Below, one piece after another: positions 54,150 through 64,000 of a stretch of DNA of 64,000 bases. The notes under the pieces were generated by a model. That model saw only the letters and a program-made list of their open reading frames with translations, did not search any database and was not told where the DNA came from. The first letter of the stretch is position 1. Each line of letters begins with the position of its first letter. A program made the position numbers and the translations under genes. The DNA comes from Nymphaea colorata (taxonomy: Eukaryota). Location of the stretch: the NCBI RefSeq assembly GCF_008831285.2, contig NC_045138.2:32798001-32862000 (forward strand). The letters are read 5' to 3'.

Positions 54150-55403
54150 TTTTGTTTTTTTAAATTCAAAATCTTTTTACAACTTTCAAGCTGCCACACA
54201 TTCCAAAGACACTAAAAGAGCATTTACCTCTTCTAAATAAAAAATTCTCCTTCGACAAAATCAACGGCAGACGCTTAGTCTTAGCTGTCTCTTGCGTGAA
54301 ATTAATATTTAAAAACAGTTTGTCATAATATACGATGGTCAGAATGATAAAACAGGTTGATATAATATGTAAATTTTCTTTATTAATGACAATATATAAA
54401 GATTTATATAATTTTTATGATGTATTAAGCAACTGAAATGTGTCATTGTGTGTCCACAATTTGTTCTCCACATGTTTGAAAGTCCATTAGTTGGAAGATC
54501 ATATGTTTGGTTCGACATGACAGAGCCAGCTTAATCAGATCCTTTCTCACATCCCGTGTTTGATAGAGATTTCTAAACCCAGATCTTGGATAGAACTAGC
54601 TGAATCATGCACGCGTATCTCATCATTAATACAGCCATATTCAATAAAAAAACGAGTAAGCGGGTCCGGATTTGGGTTGCTGATCGAATAAATTAGACCC
54701 ATTGATTAAGTATGGGAGCGTGTGGGCTTGACCTTTGCGTATCACTACAGTAATGAGTATGTTTTGTATATGCGCCCATGGCAAGGCGGGAGAAGTGTGG
54801 ACTAAAAATTTCCAGTTCCTTCCATCTCCCTTTTTCCGCTTCGCTTCGCCGGAGAAGGAAGCCGGTCTCTCACCTTCGTAGCCCTCCTGGCAATCTGTCT
54901 CTGTCGCTCTCTCTTTCTGTGAGCGCTGATTTAGTAAGCCCTAGGATTTCGCACTGGACTATCATAATTGACGAGGATGGGGAGGAGAAATTGCCACTGA
55001 GGCTTCTGCCAAGTCCGCTTGACGGGTCGTCTCTGGCGGTAGTTATTCGCTAATGTGCTTTTTCCATTTCTCAGTGCTTACTCATTTGGATTTCGGTCAA
55101 TGGTTCTCTGACTTTAATTGCTCATAAGTTTCCTTTGTTGCTTCATCAAGAACTTGCCTTTTTACCATCTTCTTTCACTGTTAAATCTGATACTAATTGG
55201 CACTTGTTACGTGTTCCGGTTTGGACCACTTTAAATTTTTCGGAAATTGGAGCATGTTGAACCAAATATATGTGTGGCCAATTGTTTTTATCTGCAAACT
55301 GTTGCCAGCTTCTTGGTTGATGAGTACTCCAGTTTGATATGATCTTATATTGCTAGTTTTGGGACTCGTTTGTGAATGGATCTTCTTTTTAGGTTACCCA
55401 AAA

Positions 55404-55708
55404 GTAGCTTCGATAGATAATTTTAGGGGCAACCAGTCCTCTGTTGAAAAAGAGGGGCAAGAAACTTCTCGTGTAACCGCTTGAGGTCGCCACCGGAAAG
55501 TGAACAAAGTGAATTCAAGCTTACCGTTTGTGCTTCGTTGAAATTTTCCATTGACAGGATCAAGAAACAACGTAGCATTATCAATGAAACATGTTTTTTC
55601 CCCAGAACATGAAGCCTTATTGGATGCGCTTCTTTTTTTATGCTTTGCAGAGAGGTACGTTCACAAGATGGAGAATTGGAATTGCTTTCTGCTGGGATTT
55701 CTTTATGA
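55404..55708 (+). pseudogene. Decayed paralog of the 93-aa small-protein gene
   Basis: Aligns with 61486-61896; ATG replaced by GTA (55404-55406), in-frame TGA at ~55482, deletion of >100 bp of exon 1 and loss of its donor; exon 2 remnant 55651-55708. Confidence 0.85.
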
Positions 55709-56094
55709 AAACCAACACAGATTTCTAATGGTTGTCAGTTTGCTTCTTTTAGTGCATTACCTGAAGCCGCAAACTCTCTTATTTCTCTTACATCTTCTTC
55801 ACACATATCGCATTCTGGGAGTCCATTCTTCTGTAGTTTTTATTGGACGTGCGTTTGAAATATCATGCGGGATATGGATCAGTATGTCTTGCTATTTGGT
55901 TTTATTAATTGTATTACGAGTTGATACAGTATTCTTATGGTTCTGCTTTTGAGGACTTCGGGTTGTGGTAAGAGCTATTGCACTGGGGACCTTTTGGCAG
56001 GAGAAAGTGCTATCCAAGTATATTGAATTTTAGAAGTTATCATGTCTACTGGTGGGATCTAAAGTGTTTTAGGGACTCACGAGGCTTAGTTTAA

Positions 56095-56405
56095 AGTTTA
56101 AACATTGTTACAATTATCATTCTTCGGAAAAGATTTTTTCGGGTATTTTTCGATGAAGTCGTTCTTTTCAGGTAAATCTTGGGGAATTTTTTTGATGAAT
56201 TTTTTAAAATTTAAAAAATCATAAAAATAATAAAAAAACATAAAAAAAATTCAAAAAAATAAAAATATCAAAATCTCGAGAAAAATTACGATAAAAAAAC
56301 GAAATTTTCATTTTGGATGAGATTTTCAAAATCTCACGATTTGTTCTCGATTTTTGCATTTTATTTGATTTTCTTGTAAATATCATGAGATTTTCGAAAA
56401 TCACT
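56095..56405. mobile_element. AT-rich insertion present in duplicate A but absent from B
   Basis: B reads ggtttagttttaaatgttcaacc contiguously (62275-62298) whereas A has ~310 extra bp; its start (ttgttacaattatc) resembles repeat fragments at ~37848 and ~39160 (reverse). Confidence 0.5.
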
Positions 56406-57753
56406 TTTAAATATTCAATCCTTTATTAGTTTTTTATCTGACATTGTTTGTGCCTCTTTCCTTTGTTAAGAAAATAAGGACAAAAAACCTGTTTAAAGGA
56501 TGTTGATGTTGTCTGTTCAAAGCGTTGGATTTCTGAATGCAGCTTGCTCTGGACATAAGAAAGGACCTCATATTTTGTCATTGCCTATCCAATTAGTTAT
56601 AATTAGGGACTGTAGATGGCTGATGAGGCTTTTTTTTTTAGAATGAAAAGGAAGCTAGAGCATGAGACCAAACGCTATGTTTGACATGGTGTGAGCAAGC
56701 AAAGGAAGAAAAGGAAGTTGACAAAGGAGGAAGACGATGACTAGTTTTATGTTTCTTTTCAATTCATCTTCAACTTCTAGAGTCTTGGAGGCCATAGGCC
56801 CACCGTATTGGATGATCCAACTCTTACTCTTTTTGTCAATGAGGAGATCTACTCCATATTGTTAGTTCCATGGCTTTTTACTTTCAAGTAGTATCAGATA
56901 ATTTTGTGATCTAAAGTTAGAGATTGTCAATATACTGATTCGCTGATTGTGACTTATGGTTATGGGTTATGAAGCTTAAGAATTGTCGGTAACGCCTCCT
57001 ATTGTAAAAGTGGTGGATTTAGCATTTTGCTGCTTTCGAAGAGTCATTGTTGCATTTGAAATTTGTGCTGTGGAAGAGACATGTCAAATAAGTTGTTCAA
57101 CCTGGCCAAAGTTGTTTACTCAGTTACTGAATCAGTTGAATTTGAACCGAGCCTTTCGTTCGCTTCAGATGTCTTCCAGATTGACTGTAACTTGGGACTT
57201 TGACAAGAAGTTTGTCGATTGATGACGTTTTTTTCTTGTTTGTTGCCAAATGTACAATCGGTTTATGTTATATTTTTAATTGATTGAAGAACGTCCTCCA
57301 ATTAAAATTGTCTTTGCTTAAATTTTCTCTTACCGGAGCCACACGAACGTTGTTTCTTTGAATGTTTAGTGGTTTGATATAAAATCTGTAATGCTGTTTG
57401 CCTTAGCCCTGTAAACAAAAAGGATATTTACTGGCTCACTCCTTTTTTTCTTTTCCCTGTGATAAGCGTCGTCTCCCGGGGTTAATTTGTAACAAGTCTG
57501 AGCACTAATTTCCTTCTTACAGGCGAATCCAGTCATTGGCTTGGTTCCGTTCTGTATTATGAAGAGGAGGGAGGTCTTCGGGTCGTTTCAGGTGTAGAAA
57601 TAGTAGAAGGAACAATAGAAGTGTAATATATGCGAAAATTTGTTTATGGTGTTCTTAGTGAACCCACCTGCGATTACCGTCATCTGTGGCTTTTCATAGG
57701 CTTCATCCCATGTGTAAACGAAATGTGTAATACGACTCGTTCTCATTCGGGGC

Positions 57754-59325
57754 ATGTTGAGAGCAGTCACCTCTTGCAGAGCCCTACTGATCTGCTTGAC
57801 TCGGGCTCACCATTCGGCATGTGTCCAAAATCCAAGCTGGGTCTCAGAAAACAAACTGTTCTCCAGCCATCCTCGCCTTCAGATTCTGGAACAATGCCAG
57901 TCGCTTGGGCAGCTCAAAGAGGTACTCTGCTACATCATCACTGCAGGGCTCAGCCATGACCATTTTGCTATGAGCCGTGTCCTCTATTTCTGCGCTATCA
58001 CCTCCCCAAATCTGGACTTTGCGTGCCTTGTTTTCAGTCAAATAGAGAGGCCTAACAGCTTCTCATGGAACACGATGATCAGGGGGTTTGTTTCCAGTGG
58101 ACAACCAGTGATGGCACTCTCTCTTTATTCCAGAATGCTTCGTGATGGCATGTTGCCTGATAAATATACATACCCGTTTCTCTTCAAGGCTTGTGGATCT
58201 CTAGCTAGGAATGGTCTGGTGCTAGGGAGATCACTCCATTGTCATGTTTTGGAACTTGGGTATGCATTGGATCTGTATGTTCTAACTGGGACCATGCACA
58301 TGTATGGGCTGTTAGGTTGTCTAGGGGAAGCAACGAAAGTGTTCGATAATATGCCGCAGAGAGATGTGGCTTCTTGGACTAGCCTGATCACCTGCTACGT
58401 TGCTAATGATTGTTGGGAAGAGGGGTTATTGGCGTTCAACTTGATGAGGGATGATTGCGTGAAGCCAAATTCAGCGACATTGGTTTGCGTCATGGGCTGT
58501 TGTGCTCAGCTGGGGGCATTGGATCAGGCACGATGTTTGCACTCGGTTTTGGAGAAATTGAGCATCAAATTTGACGTCTTTGTTGGCAATTCTCTTGTTG
58601 ATTTGTATTCCAAATGTGGGAGGATAGATTATGCTTGTCAAGCCTTTGATGAAATGCCCAACCGAGACTCATTCTCATGGACTGCCATGATCGCTGGACT
58701 TGCGATGCATGGGCTTATCCAGGACGCCCTTGATACGTTCTCACAAATGAAGCATGAAGGAGCTGAGCCGGATGCAGTCACTTTTGTGGCAATCCTTGGT
58801 GCTTGCAGCCATGCTGGTCTAGTGAATGAGGGTCTGAAATACTTTGCTTGCATGAAAAAAGAACACAAAATTGTGCCTGATGTCAAGCACTATGGCTGCA
58901 TGGTTGACCTCTTGAGTAGAGCTGGACTTCTAGACAATGCACTGGACTTCATCAGATCGATGCCGGCTGACCCCGGCTTGGCTGTATGGGGAGCTCTGCT
59001 TAGCGCATGCAGACTTCACAGTAACATTGAAGTAGGTGAACTAGCTGCCAAAGAAATTGAGTCATTACCAGATTTTGGAGGAGCCCATGTATTGTTGTCC
59101 AACATCTATGCTAATGCAAGCCAATGGGATGCAGTTTCAAACTTGAGGCACAAAATGGGAGATCAGGACACAAGGAAACCTCCTGGTTACAGCTCCATCG
59201 AGCTCAGGGGTGTGGTTCATGCGTTCTTTGTGGGAGACAGAACACATCCTCAATCTCATGAGATATACCACATCCTTGATGACTTAACGCTCAAACTGAA
59301 GTTGCATGATTGCGTATCATATTGA
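57754..59325 (+). CDS. PLS-class pentatricopeptide repeat protein with E/E+ extension, no DYW (organellar RNA-editing factor type), 523 aa, intronless
   Basis: Repeats such as FSWNTMIRG, PDKYTYPFLFKAC, RDVASWTSLI, FVGNSLVDLYSKCG, PDAVTFVAILGACSHAGLV, KHYGCMVDLLSRAG; E-domain WGALLSACRLH..VLLSNIYA..KPPGYSSIE..VHAFFVGDRTHPQ; Arg/Ser-rich N-terminus resembles a transit peptide. Confidence 0.95.
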   Translation: MLRAVTSCRALLICLTRAHHSACVQNPSWVSENKLFSSHPRLQILEQCQSLGQLKEVLCYIITAGLSHDHFAMSRVLYFCAITSPNLDFACLVFSQIERPNSFSWNTMIRGFVSSGQPVMALSLYSRMLRDGMLPDKYTYPFLFKACGSLARNGLVLGRSLHCHVLELGYALDLYVLTGTMHMYGLLGCLGEATKVFDNMPQRDVASWTSLITCYVANDCWEEGLLAFNLMRDDCVKPNSATLVCVMGCCAQLGALDQARCLHSVLEKLSIKFDVFVGNSLVDLYSKCGRIDYACQAFDEMPNRDSFSWTAMIAGLAMHGLIQDALDTFSQMKHEGAEPDAVTFVAILGACSHAGLVNEGLKYFACMKKEHKIVPDVKHYGCMVDLLSRAGLLDNALDFIRSMPADPGLAVWGALLSACRLHSNIEVGELAAKEIESLPDFGGAHVLLSNIYANASQWDAVSNLRHKMGDQDTRKPPGYSSIELRGVVHAFFVGDRTHPQSHEIYHILDDLTLKLKLHDCVSY

Positions 59326-59536
59326 TTCGTATTGCAGATTCACTGATGGTCTAGTGCAAGCCAAGGTTGATGAAAGAAACTCGTGCAACATTAACCAGAA
59401 ATACAAGAATAATTTGTGTAAATTTTTCATTACATGTAAAGGAACGGAAGATGAGTAAATTGGACTATCTTTCTACTGGATCAAAAAACATGACCAAGCA
59501 TTAGTTAGATAATGGAGCATGCGTAGTTTCCAGTAG

Positions 59537-59596
59537 GCACCAGTGATCTACTGGTAGAATAGCGGTACAGACCCGGTTCGATTGCCAAATGGTGCA
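59537..59596 (+). pseudogene. tRNA-Gly pseudogene (anticodon arm deleted)
   Basis: GCACCAGTGATCTACTGGTAGAATAG-CGGTACAGACCCGGTTCGATTGCCAAATGGTGCA: matches the intact copies but lacks TACCCTGCCA including the anticodon; T-run follows. Confidence 0.85.
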
Positions 59597-59848
59597 TCGT
59601 TTTTTCTTCCTCTCTCCTTTCTGCTTCATATACCTTTTGCACTTGGGGAGCAGGCTTCCTCAAGCACCAAAATATACTGAACACTGTCAGGGCACTCAGA
59701 AATTTCTCAACTATCATGTTTTGACAGTTTTGTGTACCTTTCACATTCTGAAAGAGACGTCCTCAAAGGCCAAGTACTGTCATTGGACTCTTGGAGGTGA
59801 GCAGGAAAAGTACCATAGCTTGTACAAAAAAAATTCCAAGTTACAAAC

Positions 59849-59919
59849 AATGTATATGGCTGAGATGGTGCCCTGTAAGTTGAAAGTTCAGGACTCGGCT
59901 TCGATTTTCGGCTGGTGCA
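59849..59919 (+). pseudogene. Heavily decayed tRNA-Gly pseudogene
   Basis: 3' half GACTCGGCTTCGATTTTCGGCTGGTGCA plus GTGCCCTG anticodon-stem remnant; downstream flank (actttcaatctgccaca) matches flanks of copies 2 and 3. Left edge approximate. Confidence 0.7.
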
Positions 59920-60933
59920 GACTCTTTTCAATTTCTTTTTTTCAAAGTCTTTATATTACTTTCAATCTGCCACAGAAAATTGTTTTCCAAGTGCAAGATC
60001 AGAACACTTTACCTTCTCGAAATGAAAATTTTCACCTGATAAAATGCACCATTGAAGCTTAGCTGTCTCTCATGTGAAATTAAAATTTAAAACAGCTTGT
60101 CTTAATATATGTTGACAAATGATAAGGCATGTGAAATATAATATGTTAATTTTCCTTGGCAATTCATAAAATTTGCTATTTTTTTATGATGTCTTAAGCA
60201 GCTTGAATGTGTCATTTGATGTCAAATGACATCAGTTTCTCCTTCAGATGTTCCACAGTCAGGGTAATAAGTTCGAGTTATGGACGCTTGAAATTCAACC
60301 AGTGGGAAGTTCAAAACTTTGAATTCGACATAACAAAGCCTGCCTTAATCAGATTCATTCTCATGCCCAAATGTAAATATTTTTAAAGTCGCATCTGGTT
60401 CGAACTAGCTGAATCATGGATCCATATCTCATTGTTAGGGAAGTAGATTGTACCACTCCAAAGGGTATATAGGCATACAAGATTATGAAGAATTTTAGGA
60501 AAATTATAGGGGTTGTTAAGTGATAGGGTGTTTTTATTTTTATATTTTTTTGTGCTCAAAATTGATGCAGCTGGAAAGCGAATTAAGATCCATCAAACCG
60601 GACTTCAAACTCAATGTAAAAGCGGGTCCGAATCGTCAAAATTTGGGTCGGTGATCGAACGACCAACAACACGAACTCGAATGCGGCTTGAAAGGAGAAG
60701 CCCGATTGTTTGCATTCTACGGCTAGATAAGGGTCACCGCGACAAGCTTCGTGGCAAGTGGGGGCGGTGATTGGCGAGGTTTTGTTATATTACTGGTATC
60801 TTTTCTAACTCGTGACCGTAACGCGGTTCTAGAAGCAGGGTTCCTTTTAATTTTTCCAGCCTCCTACCATCCAGTGCATACGCTTCGCCGGAAGGTCGCC
60901 GGCGTTTACCGCGATCGCATCCGTCCAAGGTAA

Positions 60934-60936
<3 letters not shown>

Positions 60937-60973
<37 letters not shown>

Positions 60974-60985
60974 GTGTGTGTGTGT
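60937..60985. repeat. (CT)n(GT)n microsatellite in the 5' region of the small-protein gene
   Basis: Follows a putative 5'-UTR donor AAG|GTAATC at ~60930. Confidence 0.85.
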
Positions 60986-61485
60986 ATTGATTCACTATGC
61001 CCTAGGTTGTTGAACTCTGTGTGTGGATTTAGCAAGACCTAGGGTTTGTATTGGACTATCAGAAGAGACAAGGAAGAAGAGGAGAAATGGCCACTATGGC
61101 ATCTGAAAACTCCGCCTGATCGGTCGGTTCCGGTTAATCTGCTTTCCCTTTCTCCGTGCTTTTCATTTAGATTTCAGCCAGTGGTTCTCCGACTATAATT
61201 GCTCATAAATTTCCTTTGTTTCTTGGCTAACAACCTTCGTTTTTTACCACTTTTTCCACTGTCAAATCGGATAGGAAATGGCATTTTTACGTGTTCCGGT
61301 TTGATTTGGGTCTGTTTAAAATTTATGGAAATCAAAACATGTTTAATAACCAAATATATGTTGGAAGATTTTTTTTTTTTTTTTTTCAAATGGTCGACAG
61401 CTTCTTGGTTGACGGGGAGCCATCCATGTTGACATGATTTGAGACTCATCTGTGGATGAATTTTTTCTTTTTAGGCTCTCAAAAA

Positions 61486-61896
61486 ATGGCTTCGCTAGAT
61501 AATTTTAGGGGCACCAAGCCCCCTCTTGATAGAGAGGGCCAAGAAACTGCTCGCTTAACCACTCGATGGTCGCCAGAACAAAGTGAACAAAAGAGGGCTG
61601 CTGTAAACGCGGAGATAGACAGAGTGAACAAGCTTCCTGCACACAGCAGCTATGCAACTCATCGAATGCGTGTTCTGAACAAAATTCTGCAACTCATGTC
61701 AATTCAGGTTTGTCCTTTGCGCTTTGTTGAAAATTTCCATTGACAGTATCCAGTAACGACTTTGCGTTAGCAATTAAACATGTTTCCGGTAGAACCTTGA
61801 AATCTTATTGGAAGCGTTCTTCTTTTTGCTTTTCAGAGGCGGACAATTTCACAAGATGAAGAGCTGGAGTTGCTTTTTGCAGGGCTCTCTTTATGA
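61486..61896 (+). CDS. Small uncharacterised protein, 93 aa, 2 coding exons
   Basis: Exon 61486-61707 (aaaaATGg, downstream of acceptor ttttAG 61473-61474), donor CAG|GT 61708, acceptor tttcAG 61835-61836, exon 61837-61896. Product MASLDNFRG...SSYATHRMRVLNKILQLMSIQ-RRTISQDEELELLFAGLSL. Frame is open here but broken in the paralog. Confidence 0.75.
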
Positions 61897-64000
61897 AAAC
61901 GAACACATTTTTCTAATGCTGGTAAGTTTGCTTCTTTTAGCGTAAGCCGTGAAGCCATAGTTTCTCTTACATTTCCGTGGTAAACATGGCATGGTGGCCT
62001 CTGTTCTTTTTTAGTTTTTGTTGAGCGTACATTTTAAATCTCAAATCTCATGTTGGATATAGATTAAGTGCGCCATTTGATTATGTTAATTATATTCTAA
62101 GTTGATATAGTATTCTTAAGGGAGTGGTTCTGGTTGTTGAGGACTTCGATTGTGATAAGAACTATTGCTGGGGGGATTTTTTTTTGGCAGGAGAAAATGC
62201 TATTCTATAGTACACTTAAAATTTAAATGTTATTATGCCTAAAAATGGAACCTGAAGGCGTTTTGGGCTTATGTGGTTTAGTTTTAAATGTTCAACCCCT
62301 TAAATCTGATATTGCTTCTTGTCCATCCATCTCTGGCCATCCCCTATCCCAATGTCCTAGGAAGATGACTTCTCGCATGACCTTCAAGGACAAAAAGCCT
62401 TTTTCCTCTTTGTTAAGAAAATACGGATGGAAAACCTGTTTTGCGGTATAACTCATGGAGAATGATTTAGTCGATATAATGTCCCTATGATAGCGGTTAG
62501 GACAGAGGAGCATTGGAGATGTGGATTTGCTATGATGTTCTGGTTAAAGCATTGAAAGCAGCTTGTTTTAAACATATGAAAATTTTCATATTTTGTCATT
62601 GTGAATCCCATTAGTTGTCATTAGAGACTGTAGATGGCTGATGAGGCTTCTTTTTTAGAATAAAGAGAAGATAGAGCATGAGAGTTCCATGAAGCGAGCT
62701 GCGTGCTTGACTTGGAGTTAGCATGCAAAAGAACAAAAGGGAGTTGGCAAAGGAAGAAAAGAAGGACTAGCCTTATGTTTCTGTGGATCTCATTTTCAAT
62801 TTCTCAAATGTTGTTGATGAGGCCACAATTTTGGAGAATCCAACTGACTACTCTTTTCTGGCATGATGAGATGTACTCCATATTGTTGGTTCTGTGGCTT
62901 TTTAAGTAATATCAGACAATTCGCTTGTCAAAAGTTATAGAATGTAAAATATACTGATGGTGGCTGGCTTGTGTGCCGTGAAGCTGCAGATCTGTCTGTG
63001 ATGCCTCCTACTGCAAAGGTCATGGATTTAGTATTTGGCTGCTATTAAAGAATCATTCGGTGGCTGAGACATGATAATTAAGTTGTACAACCTAGCCACA
63101 GTTGTTTACTCAGTTAAATTTGAACTTTGTTCATATTGATTCCAGATTGAAACATTCTTGACGGATGCCGTTTTTTTTGTTGTCAAAATTACATTTGGTT
63201 TTTGTAATATCTTTAATTGATTGGAATAGTGCGCTCCAATTGAAATCGTGTCTTTGCTTGAATTTGGTCTCTTCCTGGACCTTACATGAACATTGTTGCT
63301 TTAGATCTGTAAGCAAAAAGGTCATTTACTGGCTTGGTTCCTTTTTCCTTCTTACAGGTGGATCAAGTCACTGGAGTGGTCCTGTGTCTGCATTATGAAA
63401 AGGGAAGAGATCTTCTGGTCATTTCAAGTGTACAGATAGCAGAGGCGGTATTAAATGTGTGATATATGTGAACCCACCTAGGAGTACCATCCCTGTGGAC
63501 AAGTCCGGGTCTGCCTTACTCCATTTTAGTAGGCTAAATGCTACAGAGACTGGATGAAACGGGAATGAAGTGTTTTATGTGATAATGTAATTCTTAGTTT
63601 GTCCCTTGTCGCCAGGAAAATAGGGTATGTTCTGTTTGGCCTTGAAAGATTAATTAAATGGTTTACGCGTGCATATCAATCTGTATAATTGTTGTTCCGT
63701 GCATGTGTTCCATGTTTGTCTGTGCATGTTGTGTGTGTGCGCCTCTTTTTCTTTTTACTGTACAATGAAATGACTAATTATACTTCACAAACCTAATGGT
63801 ACCTAATCTAATTAATTGCTTAACTGTTCTTAAGTAAGAACTCTTAAGAAGGAGCGGTAGTGGATATTATGGATAGGTTCCATCTTAGCAAGATCAATCT
63901 TAGTGTATCTCTTCTAAACTTCATAAGTTCGTAACCCTCCAGAATCAGATCTGATCCTTCTATGGCACTTGCAAATGTTGCATAACAGTAGCCTGCTATG

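Larger units (their letters stand above)
52195..57690 (+). repeat. Tandem segmental duplication, copy A
   Basis: Colinear diverged homology with 59100-63500 at many anchors (52290/59235, 54280/60058, 54590/60400, 55115/61195, 56605/62625, 57510/63345, 57684/63493). Confidence 0.88.
59100..63500 (+). repeat. Tandem segmental duplication, copy B
   Basis: See copy A; homology ends at CTGTGG 63493-63498 versus 57684-57689. Confidence 0.88.

Noticed and set aside
57630..57959. 109-aa ORF overlapping the PPR start
   Set aside because: Out of frame, no motifs; at most an overlapping uORF.

Overview
Eukaryotic (angiosperm-type) nuclear DNA; no prokaryotic operons or CRISPR arrays. Left to right: a 2-exon DUF4408/DUF761 gene (+, 6506-7977); a 12-exon VAL/HSI2-like B3 repressor gene (-, 22772-12174) with an apparent in-frame stop in exon 8 and a probable U12-type intron; a ~9 kb intergenic region with MITEs and microsatellites; and a 10-exon sphingosine kinase gene (-, 50919-32612). 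Intron 4 of the kinase holds a complete, young Ty1/copia LTR retrotransposon (40064-45220, LTRs differing at 3/278 nt, GCCCT target duplication). From ~52.2 kb there is an old tandem duplication of a PPR / tRNA-Gly(GCC) / small-protein module with reciprocal gene loss. Copy A keeps three perfect tRNA-Gly genes, but its small ORF has lost its ATG and only a PPR 3' remnant precedes it. Copy B keeps the intact 93-aa small ORF but its tRNAs are decayed. The intact PLS-E PPR gene starts ~65 bp after the duplication junction and may be transcribed from the dead small gene's promoter and exons. All exon models were read by eye from splice signals and protein motifs; no database searches were run.
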